From an uncultured Porphyromonadaceae bacterium (GTDB taxonomy: Bacteria > Bacteroidota > Bacteroidia > Bacteroidales > Muribaculaceae): DNA of 64,000 bases. The position numbers and the translations under genes were made by a program. The stretch is taken from contig CAMWXI010000001.1 of assembly GCA_947178175.1 (NCBI GenBank), forward strand, positions 9,628 to 73,627, given 5' to 3'. Each line of letters opens with the position of its first letter. Position 1 is the stretch's first letter. Below are positions 32,079 to 41,798 of the stretch, one piece after another. The notes under the pieces were generated by a model. That model made no database searches. It saw only the letters and a program-made list of their open reading frames with translations, and was not told the DNA's origin.

Positions 32079-34511
32079 TTATTTTACATCGCTATATCCA
32101 TAGCCGTAATGTCCATAATATCCGTATCCGCTTTCTCTGCTACCGACACCATTAAGGATTACGCTGATATTATTATATTTCTTAGTGAGATAGAATTCCT
32201 TAAGTTCATCAAGAAGATTTTTCTCAAGGAGGTTGGCACGGACAACAAAGAGCGTACGGTCCATATATTTAGACATTATCAAGGTGTCGACCACTATATT
32301 TACCGGTGGACAGTCTATCAGTATAATGTCGTATCTCTGTCTTGCTTCCTCAAGCAAAACCTCCATTTTTCCGTTATCCAACAATTCTGCCACATTTGGA
32401 GGACGATTACCGATAGGAAGCAAATCAATATTCGCACCATCCGGATTCTTTACCAGCATGCCGGTCCAATTGTTATCCCTTCCTGCAAGATAATTACTGA
32501 GTCCATTACTTGGACTTCCCACGTAAGTAGATAGAGAGCCATGTCGAAGGTCACCATCAATAACTAAAACCCGGTGATCCTTATGGGAGAAAGCTTCAGC
32601 AAGGTTGAAGGCGATGAATGATTTTCCGGACCCGGGATTGAAAGACGTCAGACCTAATATACAAGTCTCTTCTTTTCCCATCATGAAGTCAATGTTACCC
32701 CGGACAATTCTGAACGCTTCATTAACCAGGTCTCGTTCACCCTTTTTAACCACATGCTTAAGAGTATCAACCTCTTTCTGCTTATTCTTCTTATTGATGT
32801 GTGATATCTGTCTAAGACCTGACAAAAATCCTTTCTTCCCGACGTAAGGAATCTCTCCGGCAAAGGGAATCTGAAGTCCGTCAAGGTCGCGACGTGAACG
32901 AACCTTAGTGTTGGTTGCCTCGATAAAATAGATAACTACCCCCGGGAATACGAGACCAAGGAAAATACACACTGCCATAATCACACTTTTTTTAGGGGAG
33001 ATAGGTGACTGTGAGCCGTAGGGAGGCTGAATCACACGTGTGTTGTATGCAGTGAATGCCTTGGACAGTTCATTCTCCTCTCTCTTCTCCAACAGATAGA
33101 TATACAGGTCTTCCTTCACTTTCTGCTGACGCTCAACAGAGAGAAGATATTTAGCCTTTTCCGGCTGAGAAATCAATGCCTCCTCATTTTTACCTTTGGC
33201 ATTAGTCATCTCTTTAACTTTTGTTTCAAGAGAACCTACCAATCCGTTCATGGCACTGCAAAGACCTTCATACATCCCGTTCAGGGAAGCCTTATATTCC
33301 TTGACCCAAGGATTGTTGGGACCGGAATTCTCCATCATCTGCTGATATTGGATGAGGAGCTTGTTATACTCGGCAATTTCCGTATTAATCTGCATGTTGG
33401 GGAGACCGAGATTTGCCGGAATAACCTTCCCGGCATTCTTGGGATTAAACAGGAAATCTCGCATATATTTAGCCATGGACAGCTGAGTATAGTCATCAAG
33501 AAGAGACTGGTCTACCATCTGGTCACGGCTTAACTGCATTCCTGTGACCATTGCCATGTCCGGAAGCATATTGTCTGTCTTATATCGGGAGATGTCGGCA
33601 TCGACATTACCCAGCTCAGACTCAATAACTGCAAGACGTTCGTTAATGAACTCATTAGTAGCCACTGTCACGCGATTGCGATCGGTAATCCAATTCTGAT
33701 TATATACAGAAACAACCGTGTTAAGAAAATCGGAAGCAATCTGAGGAGACACACTGGTGATCGTCAGTTCGACAACATCGGCATCTTTGTCGGCAAGATC
33801 ACCCTTCAGGAGAGCCTTGTAAGCCTCCACGGTCGATGCGAATGGCTTTTTCCATACATTCATCTCTATCTCCTTATCAACCTTTCCGGTAAAAGTGCCG
33901 TTAGGCTGAACCAGCAGCTGACCTATCGGAGATTTGATTGCGGAGAATGACAGACGAGTTGTCAGAGTATTATCATACTCCTCCTTTTTTCCGTTGACAA
34001 TCTTCCAGAAATCATAGAGAACAATTGTATTGTCCGGACGGAGCTTAACCTTGAATCCGGCATTATCCTCATTTCCAAGATCAATAAATTCCACACTTAA
34101 GGGATTGGTAGAACCGTAAAGGGTCACCGGGTGAAATTTTCCGGTCTTATTATAATTAATATCAAGTCTGAGATGTTCCACCACCTTACTCACCACGTAT
34201 GGTGACGACATGGTCAACAATTCATTATTGACATTAGCTTTGCTTGAAAGGAATCCCATGTGTTTGAATTCGGAAGAGATATCAGTGCCTCCTCCCACAT
34301 CGTGATTCTGAATAAGAACCTCAATCTGTCTTTGATAGACCGGTTCCTGCTTTGCTGTATAGAAGAAGCCGAAAGCCACAAAGACAATCAGCGATAAGAG
34401 AAACCATTTCCAGTATCTCAGACATGAAGCAAAGAAAGCTCTTAATGAAAAGGTCTGTTCTTCATCCTCCTCATGGTCATGGCCCTTCTTTTTTGATGAG
34501 TAGTAATCCAT
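32079..34511 (-). CDS. wzc: Wzc polysaccharide co-polymerase / BY-kinase
   Basis: Two TMs around a coiled-coil domain; Walker A PGSGKS, VIDGDLR, IDCPP; C-terminal tyrosine cluster GYGYYGHYGYGY. Confidence 0.95.
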   Translation of the reverse strand: MDYYSSKKKGHDHEEDEEQTFSLRAFFASCLRYWKWFLLSLIVFVAFGFFYTAKQEPVYQRQIEVLIQNHDVGGGTDISSEFKHMGFLSSKANVNNELLTMSSPYVVSKVVEHLRLDINYNKTGKFHPVTLYGSTNPLSVEFIDLGNEDNAGFKVKLRPDNTIVLYDFWKIVNGKKEEYDNTLTTRLSFSAIKSPIGQLLVQPNGTFTGKVDKEIEMNVWKKPFASTVEAYKALLKGDLADKDADVVELTITSVSPQIASDFLNTVVSVYNQNWITDRNRVTVATNEFINERLAVIESELGNVDADISRYKTDNMLPDMAMVTGMQLSRDQMVDQSLLDDYTQLSMAKYMRDFLFNPKNAGKVIPANLGLPNMQINTEIAEYNKLLIQYQQMMENSGPNNPWVKEYKASLNGMYEGLCSAMNGLVGSLETKVKEMTNAKGKNEEALISQPEKAKYLLSVERQQKVKEDLYIYLLEKREENELSKAFTAYNTRVIQPPYGSQSPISPKKSVIMAVCIFLGLVFPGVVIYFIEATNTKVRSRRDLDGLQIPFAGEIPYVGKKGFLSGLRQISHINKKNKQKEVDTLKHVVKKGERDLVNEAFRIVRGNIDFMMGKEETCILGLTSFNPGSGKSFIAFNLAEAFSHKDHRVLVIDGDLRHGSLSTYVGSPSNGLSNYLAGRDNNWTGMLVKNPDGANIDLLPIGNRPPNVAELLDNGKMEVLLEEARQRYDIILIDCPPVNIVVDTLIMSKYMDRTLFVVRANLLEKNLLDELKEFYLTKKYNNISVILNGVGSRESGYGYYGHYGYGYSDVK

Positions 34512-34685
34512 TGGATTATCCTTTTATCGTGAGGAATTTAAAATTCAGAAAACATCAGCAAAATGATAAAGACGCAATACTGACGTATCTATCCCTATCA
34601 TTTCGGTTATCCATTTGACCCGGTATAATAAAATTGATATATTTATATTTTCAGCGGTTCTATTATCCCGTCTCTGAATTGCTTA

Positions 34686-35534
34686 TTATTTGAAAATCAA
34701 CACCGCTATTGATGTGAGTAGAGAAGCCACAGACACCCAGAAGCCGGCAGAAAGTGCAGTGTTACCATTAACTGTGGTTGTACGCTTCTGTACTCCGTTA
34801 GGTTCTACATATATAATATCATTCTGCTTGAGATAGAATGCCGGAGAACTCATGAGTTGCTGAGCGTTCGTGAGATCTACGATATATGAATTAACCTTAC
34901 CGTCCGGCTCTGTGCGAATCACCTTTACATTCTGACGCTGACCCTGAATTGTAAGGTCACCGGCAAGAGTGATAGCTTCCAAAATATTGATATGGTCACG
35001 GTTCATGTCATAACGGCCCGGAGACTTAACCTCTCCCAAAATGCTGACACCGGTGCTTAGGAATTCCACCACTACTGTCGGGTCTTTAATGAGATTCTTT
35101 GCAAGAAGTTCTCCCTTGATAAAGCCGGTGAGTTCGGAACGTGTCATTCCGGCAACTTTTAGAATACCGAGAACCGGGAAGTCTATGGTACCCTCGGGAG
35201 ATATTGTATAGCTTGAGGTACCGTCAGAACTATTGTATGATCTGGAAGCAGTACCCGAGCCGTTAACAAACGGGTCAGAGGTTGTTGCGTGGTTACTGAT
35301 AACCGGGAGATTGAACAAAGCAGCCAAAGAAGGGTCTTTGGAATGAACCACTATTGAAATTTTGTCACCGGGTTCAAGACGGATAGCGTTCTGCTGACTG
35401 GTAACAAGCTCAATTGTAGTCTTGTCAAGATCTTGCATATAAGCAATATTCTTGGGTGTGGTGCAACCACCGAGCATCATAGACACCAGAAGTATCAATG
35501 ACGCAAACATTGATAGAAAATTGATTTTTTTCAT
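34686..35534 (-). CDS. wza: Polysaccharide export lipoprotein Wza
   Basis: Lipobox LGGC, PGDKISIVV, GTIDFPVLG, GEVKSPG, AGDLTIQG, LKQNDIIYVEPN. Confidence 0.93.
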   Translation of the reverse strand: MKKINFLSMFASLILLVSMMLGGCTTPKNIAYMQDLDKTTIELVTSQQNAIRLEPGDKISIVVHSKDPSLAALFNLPVISNHATTSDPFVNGSGTASRSYNSSDGTSSYTISPEGTIDFPVLGILKVAGMTRSELTGFIKGELLAKNLIKDPTVVVEFLSTGVSILGEVKSPGRYDMNRDHINILEAITLAGDLTIQGQRQNVKVIRTEPDGKVNSYIVDLTNAQQLMSSPAFYLKQNDIIYVEPNGVQKRTTTVNGNTALSAGFWVSVASLLTSIAVLIFK

Positions 35535-35595
35535 CTTATAGTCTTGTTGTTATTATCGTTGTTGAATTTTTTTCTTAACCGTGGACCGAAATCTT

Positions 35596-36723
35596 TCAAT
35601 ATAGAGTCGTTCCTTCTCTCTTTTCTTTCTTCCTTATCATCGCTGTAAGCCAAACATTTCCAATAGTCCAGACCACAATATCAATGACCAGAATAAGATT
35701 TATATTCATGACAGGAGAGAGAAGAAGGTTGACCACCATAAAGAAGAGGGAAATGATAAGGATAATCCCGAGTGCCTTACGGGAGCTGAGCCCTAAATCC
35801 AAAAGTTTATGATGGATATGGCTTCTGTCCGGGAGGAAAGGATTTCTACCCTCTTTTTTTCGATGAAGATAGACCCTCACAACGTCAAACAGAGGTACAA
35901 TCAATGGAGAATAAGCAATAATCCAGGGGTCATAGTGTTCAATCGAAGGAGCCAAAGGCTCGGTTATCAATGCCAAAGAAAGAAAGGCGATAACCATTCC
36001 CACAGTCAGGGAACCGGTGTCGCCCATAAAAATCTTGCTTCGTTTTGATACCTTCCCGAATACATTATAATAGAAGAAAGTGAGAAGAGAGCCTGTTGTA
36101 GCCCAAGCTATCATGGCATAAAGATATTGCTCCGCCATGATGAATATATATCCGTACCAAGCTAAAGTAATGGTGCTGAGTCCGGAAGCAAGTCCGTCTA
36201 TTCCATCTATCAGGTTGATGGCATTCAGAAGATATACCACTATAAAGCCTGTAAGAATCCATCCCAACCAATAAGGGACATCGTTAATAAAAAGGATGTC
36301 GTGAAGATTGGTTAAGTGTATCCCGGAGATTAAGATAAGAACAGAGCATATAATCTGCACCACAAACTTTGCACGATACCTGACTCCTATAAGGTCGTCA
36401 GCAATGCCGACAAGATAGAGCAACAGCAACGAACACATCAAAAACAGGGAAGACACGATATGTTCATGACTCAGAATAGTGCATATATGCACATTGTCAA
36501 ATTTCAGGCACCAGCCGAGAACAAGTGTCATGGCACACATCACAGAAGGAAGAAAAGAAATTCCTCCGAGACGTGGCACAACTCCACGATGGATTTTGCG
36601 CGCATCCGGATTGTCAAACAATTTCCTGCGGAATGCTATGCTCAATATCTGAGGTATCAACACACCCGTCAACAATGCCGAGATGAAGAAAGCCACAAAT
36701 ATTGTTTCAATCCAAAATATCAT
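35596..36723 (-). CDS. WecA/MraY-family initiating sugar-1-phosphate transferase
   Basis: RKIH..VPRLGG, GIADD, NAINLIDGIDGLA, IFMGDTGS, PDRSHIHHKL. Confidence 0.92.
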   Translation of the reverse strand: MIFWIETIFVAFFISALLTGVLIPQILSIAFRRKLFDNPDARKIHRGVVPRLGGISFLPSVMCAMTLVLGWCLKFDNVHICTILSHEHIVSSLFLMCSLLLLYLVGIADDLIGVRYRAKFVVQIICSVLILISGIHLTNLHDILFINDVPYWLGWILTGFIVVYLLNAINLIDGIDGLASGLSTITLAWYGYIFIMAEQYLYAMIAWATTGSLLTFFYYNVFGKVSKRSKIFMGDTGSLTVGMVIAFLSLALITEPLAPSIEHYDPWIIAYSPLIVPLFDVVRVYLHRKKEGRNPFLPDRSHIHHKLLDLGLSSRKALGIILIISLFFMVVNLLLSPVMNINLILVIDIVVWTIGNVWLTAMIRKKEKREGTTLY

Positions 36724-36737
36724 TAGATATCAAAGAG

Positions 36738-37328
36738 TTAAATTAGTTCTATAAAGTCCGGAGAAACCTCTGCGGCAACGGCACCAAGCCCCTCCAACAT
36801 TATTACCAGGCGACGGCTGCGCGCCCCCTTCACTTTCATAAACGTTCCTTCACACCCGTTTAGTGCCCCTCCTATGATTCTTACCCGCTTTCCGAGACTA
36901 AGATTCAACTCTCCGGGACGGAAATAGATGAAATTATTCAGTGAATTTTCTATCGCCTTGCGAAAAGCGTTCATCTGAACATCCGGAACTATTATCGGCA
37001 CATTCCTCTCCCCCTCGGGTCGGCAGAGATACTGCACAATTCCTTTCTGATCCTTCAGTGTCTGAAGCTCCTTGCGCGTGCCCTTCACAAAAATAAGACT
37101 CGGAACGGCAGGACGCAATTCCCGCTTCTTTTTTCCTCCCGGAAGAGTTACAAGGATATATCGCATAGGAAGAAAATATTCCAGACCGGCTGCCTCAAAC
37201 AAGTCGCGGGCTTGTAATTCCCGGCGATATGGCGCACTCATGGCATGCCAACGCCGCGTTTCTTCACTATTGCTATCTCCATTCACGTCGAAACATTCTC
37301 CCGGCTCCCCGCCTACCTTATTACACAT
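36738..37328 (-). CDS. upxY: UpxY-family (NusG paralog) transcription antiterminator
   Basis: NGN domain (WHAM, YFLPM, PAVPSLIFV, PIIVPD.QM.F) plus KOW domain (GKRVRIIGG..G.EG); first gene of the operon. Start uncertain: ATG 37328 preferred over GTG 37382. Confidence 0.9.
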   Translation of the reverse strand: MCNKVGGEPGECFDVNGDSNSEETRRWHAMSAPYRRELQARDLFEAAGLEYFLPMRYILVTLPGGKKKRELRPAVPSLIFVKGTRKELQTLKDQKGIVQYLCRPEGERNVPIIVPDVQMNAFRKAIENSLNNFIYFRPGELNLSLGKRVRIIGGALNGCEGTFMKVKGARSRRLVIMLEGLGAVAAEVSPDFIELI

Positions 37329-37438
37329 TGATAGGCAGATATTTACACAAACCAAAACATCTATATACCCTCTTCCTGCCACGAAAGAAATCCTGATTCA
37401 GATTCATTCCGCACCATTTTTAAAGTATATAGCAAACG

Positions 37439-37469
37439 CAAAATTAATCTTTTTTTACAAATTTACAAA
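37439..37469 (-). promoter_or_regulatory. sigmaA-type promoter of the leftward upxY operon
   Basis: Minus strand TTTG at 37469-37466, 19-nt spacer, TAATTTTG at 37446-37439. Confidence 0.75.
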
Positions 37470-37511
37470 ACTATAATCCCTTACTATCTTTTTTATAAAT
37501 ATCCTTATCTC

Positions 37512-37543
37512 TTTGCTCAGGATTACAAATAATATTATCTTTG
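37512..37543 (+). promoter_or_regulatory. sigmaA-type promoter of the rightward operon
   Basis: TTTG at 37512-37515, 20-nt spacer, TATCTTTG at 37536-37543. Confidence 0.75.
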
Positions 37544-37617
37544 GGGACATAACTGACCTCAAACGATTAATATTTTCCCGTCCCGGGATTAAGTTTGTCG
37601 GGTTTAAACAGTATCCG

Positions 37618-38811
37618 ATGCCTAAGCTTCTTCAAATAAATGTTACTGCCAACTGGGGCTCCACCGGTAAAATTGCCGAAGAAATCGGTAAGCTGGCAAT
37701 AAATGCCGGATGGGAAAGTTATATTGCATACGGTCGTGGCAGACCGGTTAGCAAGTCCCGGCTCATTCGTGTCGGAAATGATTATGACATGTATTCCCAC
37801 ATTCTCAGGACCCGCTTGTTTGACAGCCATGGTCTTGCTTCTCGACACGCCACACTCTCACTAATCAAAAAAATAAAACTTATATCGCCGGATATCATTC
37901 ATCTCCATAACATTCACGGCTATTACCTTAATTATCCCATTCTTTTCGAGTATCTGAAAAATACCGGGATTCCGGTTGTGTGGACTCTGCATGACTGCTG
38001 GACCTTTTCCGGACATTGCGCACATCATCTCTCCCCTTTCTGCGACAAATGGAAAACGGAATGTAATAATTGTGTGCGGCTGAGCTCCTATCCTGCCTCA
38101 ATATGGAAAGACCGAAGCAAGAGAAATTTCTTTCAAAAAAAAGAGAGTTTCTCATCCCTGCCGAATCTCACCCTGGTACCTGTTTCTTACTGGCTTCAGC
38201 AGGAATTGAGTTCCTCCTTCCTTGCCGATTACCACTCATTTGTCATTCACAACGGTATTGACCTTTCTATCTTCACTCCCTCAGATAATCAAATTTCAAA
38301 GCAAAGGGATTATTATTCAATATTGGGGGTCAGCAGCGTTTGGGAAGCCCGGAAAGGGTTGGACGATTTTATAAAACTCCGGTATCTGCTCCCTGACAAT
38401 TTCCATATTACTCTTGTCGGGCTCTCTCCCAAACAGATTAAGTCTCTTCCCCCCGGAATAAAGGGGATAACCCGGACTCAGAGTGTAGAAGAGCTCCGAA
38501 ATCTCTATCGCGAGGCAGATATCTTTGTCAACCCTACACTGGAAGACACTTACCCTACGACCAATCTGGAAGCTATGGCATGTGGAACTCCGGTTCTAAC
38601 CTATGCCACCGGAGGATCTCCGGAATCAATAGGAGAAGCCACCGGTGAAGTTATCGATTATGGCGATGTAAAGAAGTTGGCAGAAAGAATAAGGAAAGTA
38701 TGTGAGACGCATCCTTATTCTTCGGGGAGATGTCGCGCGCATGCCGAAGCTCATTTTGACAAAAACCAAGCCTTTCAAAAATATTTAGAACTTTACAATA
38801 AACTTATCTGA
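37618..38811 (+). CDS. Glycosyltransferase family 4 (WcaC-like)
   Basis: LLQINV..NWGSTGKIA, PDIIHLHNIHG, WTLHDCW..GHC, EDTYPTTNLEAMACG. ATG 37618 preferred because the ORF-track start lies within the promoter. Confidence 0.9.
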   Translation: MPKLLQINVTANWGSTGKIAEEIGKLAINAGWESYIAYGRGRPVSKSRLIRVGNDYDMYSHILRTRLFDSHGLASRHATLSLIKKIKLISPDIIHLHNIHGYYLNYPILFEYLKNTGIPVVWTLHDCWTFSGHCAHHLSPFCDKWKTECNNCVRLSSYPASIWKDRSKRNFFQKKESFSSLPNLTLVPVSYWLQQELSSSFLADYHSFVIHNGIDLSIFTPSDNQISKQRDYYSILGVSSVWEARKGLDDFIKLRYLLPDNFHITLVGLSPKQIKSLPPGIKGITRTQSVEELRNLYREADIFVNPTLEDTYPTTNLEAMACGTPVLTYATGGSPESIGEATGEVIDYGDVKKLAERIRKVCETHPYSSGRCRAHAEAHFDKNQAFQKYLELYNKLI

Positions 38812-38897
38812 CAAATGATTCCGCCTGAATAATACCATTATTTCAAGGAATTAATATAGCGTAGACAACTAATGTGACTATTTAAAATCCTGTTGCA

Positions 38898-39893
38898 ATG
38901 ATTATCATAACAAATCTTCCTTCATTCTATAAAATAAATCTCTATAACGAAATCAACCGGCACAAGAAAATCTTTGTCATTTTTTCCAACAGAGATGCTT
39001 CAGACCGCAACAAGGATTTTTTCAACGGCAGCATGGAGTTTGATCACATTTTCCTGTCCGGTTCTTTCAGCCGGAAAGTGATTGCCATACGCAATATCCT
39101 TCATTCCCATCCTTATAGTGAATTTATCATTTCCGGATGGGATGAACCCGTTTTCTGGGCTTCTCTGATGCTGTCACCGAAACGAAAGAACGCGGTTGTT
39201 ATAGAATCCTCTATCTATGAATCCCGGACAACGGGTCTTAAAGGATTCGTAAAGAAGGGTTTCATCCGCCGCATTTCCAAATGCTACGCTTCCGGGAAAC
39301 CTCAGAGACAATTGGCGGAACAATTAGGATTCAAAGGGGAGATGGTAATCACCAAGGGTGTCGGGCTTAAGAAACTTTTTACTCAGCCCCCCTACGAACC
39401 GCGTACCGAAGTAAAGAGATTCCTTTTTGTCGGCCGATTGGTGAAAGTAAAAAATCTTGAGTTTCTAATCCGGAGATTTAATGACCATCCTGAACTGGAA
39501 CTTACTATTGCAGGATTCGGAGAACTGGAAGATGAACTAAGAAAGATTGCAAGCCAAAACATTCGGTTTGTCGGAGCAATACCAAACGATGAATTAGGGA
39601 AGTATTATCGGGAAGCTGACGTGATGGTGCTCCCGTCCATGTCTGAACCATGGGGACTGGTGGTCGAGGAGGCGCTCAACAATGGCACTCCATGCATGGT
39701 AAGCGACAGGGTTGGCGCTGCTGACGACATGATAGGTAATAAGTATGGTATTATCTTCTCGCTCTCCGAAAAAGACTTTGAGGACAAATTATCTAAAATC
39801 AGAGATATTCATAAATACAACATTCTTAGGAAAAACATTTCAACATTGGACTTCAAGGCCCTTCAGCAATCACAAATAGACGCATATTTGTAG
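38898..39893 (+). CDS. Glycosyltransferase family 4
   Basis: TNLPSFY, FLFVGRL..VKN, LPSMSEPWGLVVEEAL. Confidence 0.9.
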   Translation: MIIITNLPSFYKINLYNEINRHKKIFVIFSNRDASDRNKDFFNGSMEFDHIFLSGSFSRKVIAIRNILHSHPYSEFIISGWDEPVFWASLMLSPKRKNAVVIESSIYESRTTGLKGFVKKGFIRRISKCYASGKPQRQLAEQLGFKGEMVITKGVGLKKLFTQPPYEPRTEVKRFLFVGRLVKVKNLEFLIRRFNDHPELELTIAGFGELEDELRKIASQNIRFVGAIPNDELGKYYREADVMVLPSMSEPWGLVVEEALNNGTPCMVSDRVGAADDMIGNKYGIIFSLSEKDFEDKLSKIRDIHKYNILRKNISTLDFKALQQSQIDAYL

Positions 39894-39972
39894 CTGTCAA
39901 CGCAGTCTCAAAGTATTGTTTTTGCAAACTAAGGATTATTTCCTTAAATTTGTAGATAATAAACGGAATTTT

Positions 39973-41784
39973 ATGCAGGCAATAATTTTAGCTGCCGGAA
40001 TGGGACGGCGTCTCGGCGAGTTAACCGCTGACAATACAAAATGCATGGTTAAGGTAAATGGAGTCATGCTTATCGACCGTCTGCTCCAACAACTTTCCTC
40101 ACTGAATCTCACACGCATAATCATTGTTATAGGATATAAAGGGGATGCATTGAGAGAATATGTTGCCTCAAGATATTCACATCTTAATTTAGTTTTTGTC
40201 AGGAACGATGTCTTTGACAAGACGAATAACATATACTCCCTATGGCTCGCCCGCGACTACATATCAACGGAAGAAACCTTATTGCTTGAATCAGACCTCA
40301 TATTTGAAGACAGTGTGTTGAAGGCAGCTGTTGAGGCTCCATATAAGGACTGTGCTTTAGTCAGCAAATACGAATCATGGATGGACGGCACAATGGTAAA
40401 AATTGATGATTACCACAACATTGTCAACTTCATCCCTAAGAAAGCTTTTGATTACGACGAAACCGACCATTATTATAAGACGGTCAATATCTATAAGTTC
40501 TCGAAGGAATTTCTTATCGGTCAATATCTTCCATTTTTAGAGGCGTATATAAAGGTACTGGGAGAAAATGAATATTACGAGCAAGTGCTCCGCGTGCTCA
40601 CCATGATAGACTCCACCGGAATCAAAGCCCTTCCCATTTCAGGGAAACACTGGTATGAGATTGATGATATTCAGGATTTAAGAATAGCCGAAGCCATATT
40701 TGCCGACCCTGAGGAGCGACTGCAGAAGATTTCCAAATCCTTCGGTGGCTACTGGAGATATTCAGGAATGACCGACTTCTGCTATCTTGTCAATCCCTAT
40801 TTTCCGCCTCAGCGAATGATTGATGAGATGAAAGCCAATTTCGAGCCTTTACTCCGCGATTATCCCTCGGGCATGGGAATAAACTCCCTGATAGCCGCCA
40901 AATATTTCTCACTGCGACATGATTATGTGGCTGTAGGGAATGGAGCCGCCGAACTAATCAGCGCCTTACTCTCGACACTTGACGGCAACTTCGGAATCAT
41001 ATATCCTACATTTGAAGAATATCCAAACAGACTATCTTCCAACCGGATAGTCAAGTTCCTTCCGGACAATCCGGACTTCTCATACAATGCCGGAGACCTT
41101 ACCAGCTTCTTTAGCCGGAACCCGGTAAAGAATCTGCTCATCATCAATCCCGACAATCCTTCTGGAAACCTCATCTCCAAGTCCGGAATGAATCTGTTGC
41201 TTCAATTTGCCAAAGAACGTGATATGCGTCTGATTGTTGATGAATCTTTTCTTGACTTTGCAGATGACGCTTCATCAATTTCCCTACTCAAGAATGACAT
41301 CATTGAAAACAATCCCAATCTTATACTTCTCAAATCTATCTCCAAATCATACGGTGTTCCGGGGTTGAGATTGGGAATTATCGCCTCCTCTGATAAAAAG
41401 CTTATAGAGACAATCCGCAAAACCGTCAGCATCTGGAATATCAATTCTTTTGCCGAATTTTATATGCAGATTTTCGGAAAATATGAAAACGATTATTCCT
41501 CCGCTTGCATCCAATATGCTCATGAACGAGATATTTTCTTTGAGGAATTATCCCGGATTGAATTCCTGAGAGTAATCCCTTCTTCGGCTAACTTCTTCCT
41601 CTGTGAAGTTACAGACCGCTTCACATCCCATGAACTTGCCATAAAGCTACTAAATGAGCATAACATTCTCATAAAGGATGCGACAAACAAAGCCGGAATT
41701 CCCCCGGGCAGAGAATACATACGCCTCTCTATCCGCGACCGCAACGACAATCATCATCTTTTCAAAGTCCTGAAATCTCTGTAA
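39973..41784 (+). CDS. Fusion of a LicC-like nucleotidyltransferase and a CobD/HisC-like class I/II PLP enzyme
   Basis: N-terminal QAIILAAGMGRRL, TKCM, TNNIYSL, LLESD, WYEIDD. C-terminal GGYWRY..DFCYLVNPYFPP, GNGAAE, PTFEEY, NPDNPSG, VDESF, KSISKSYGVPGLRLG (PLP Lys). ATG 39973 preferred. Confidence 0.9.
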   Translation: MQAIILAAGMGRRLGELTADNTKCMVKVNGVMLIDRLLQQLSSLNLTRIIIVIGYKGDALREYVASRYSHLNLVFVRNDVFDKTNNIYSLWLARDYISTEETLLLESDLIFEDSVLKAAVEAPYKDCALVSKYESWMDGTMVKIDDYHNIVNFIPKKAFDYDETDHYYKTVNIYKFSKEFLIGQYLPFLEAYIKVLGENEYYEQVLRVLTMIDSTGIKALPISGKHWYEIDDIQDLRIAEAIFADPEERLQKISKSFGGYWRYSGMTDFCYLVNPYFPPQRMIDEMKANFEPLLRDYPSGMGINSLIAAKYFSLRHDYVAVGNGAAELISALLSTLDGNFGIIYPTFEEYPNRLSSNRIVKFLPDNPDFSYNAGDLTSFFSRNPVKNLLIINPDNPSGNLISKSGMNLLLQFAKERDMRLIVDESFLDFADDASSISLLKNDIIENNPNLILLKSISKSYGVPGLRLGIIASSDKKLIETIRKTVSIWNINSFAEFYMQIFGKYENDYSSACIQYAHERDIFFEELSRIEFLRVIPSSANFFLCEVTDRFTSHELAIKLLNEHNILIKDATNKAGIPPGREYIRLSIRDRNDNHHLFKVLKSL

Positions 41785-41798
41785 TCCAAATCTTCGGA

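Noticed and set aside
37389-37524. Invertible (phase-variable) capsule promoter bounded by AATCCTGA (37389-37396) and TCAGGATT (37517-37524)
   Set aside because: The inverted repeat is only 8 bp, does not extend cleanly and is expected by chance in a spacer of this size; there is no recombinase in the window. Read-orientation data could revive it.
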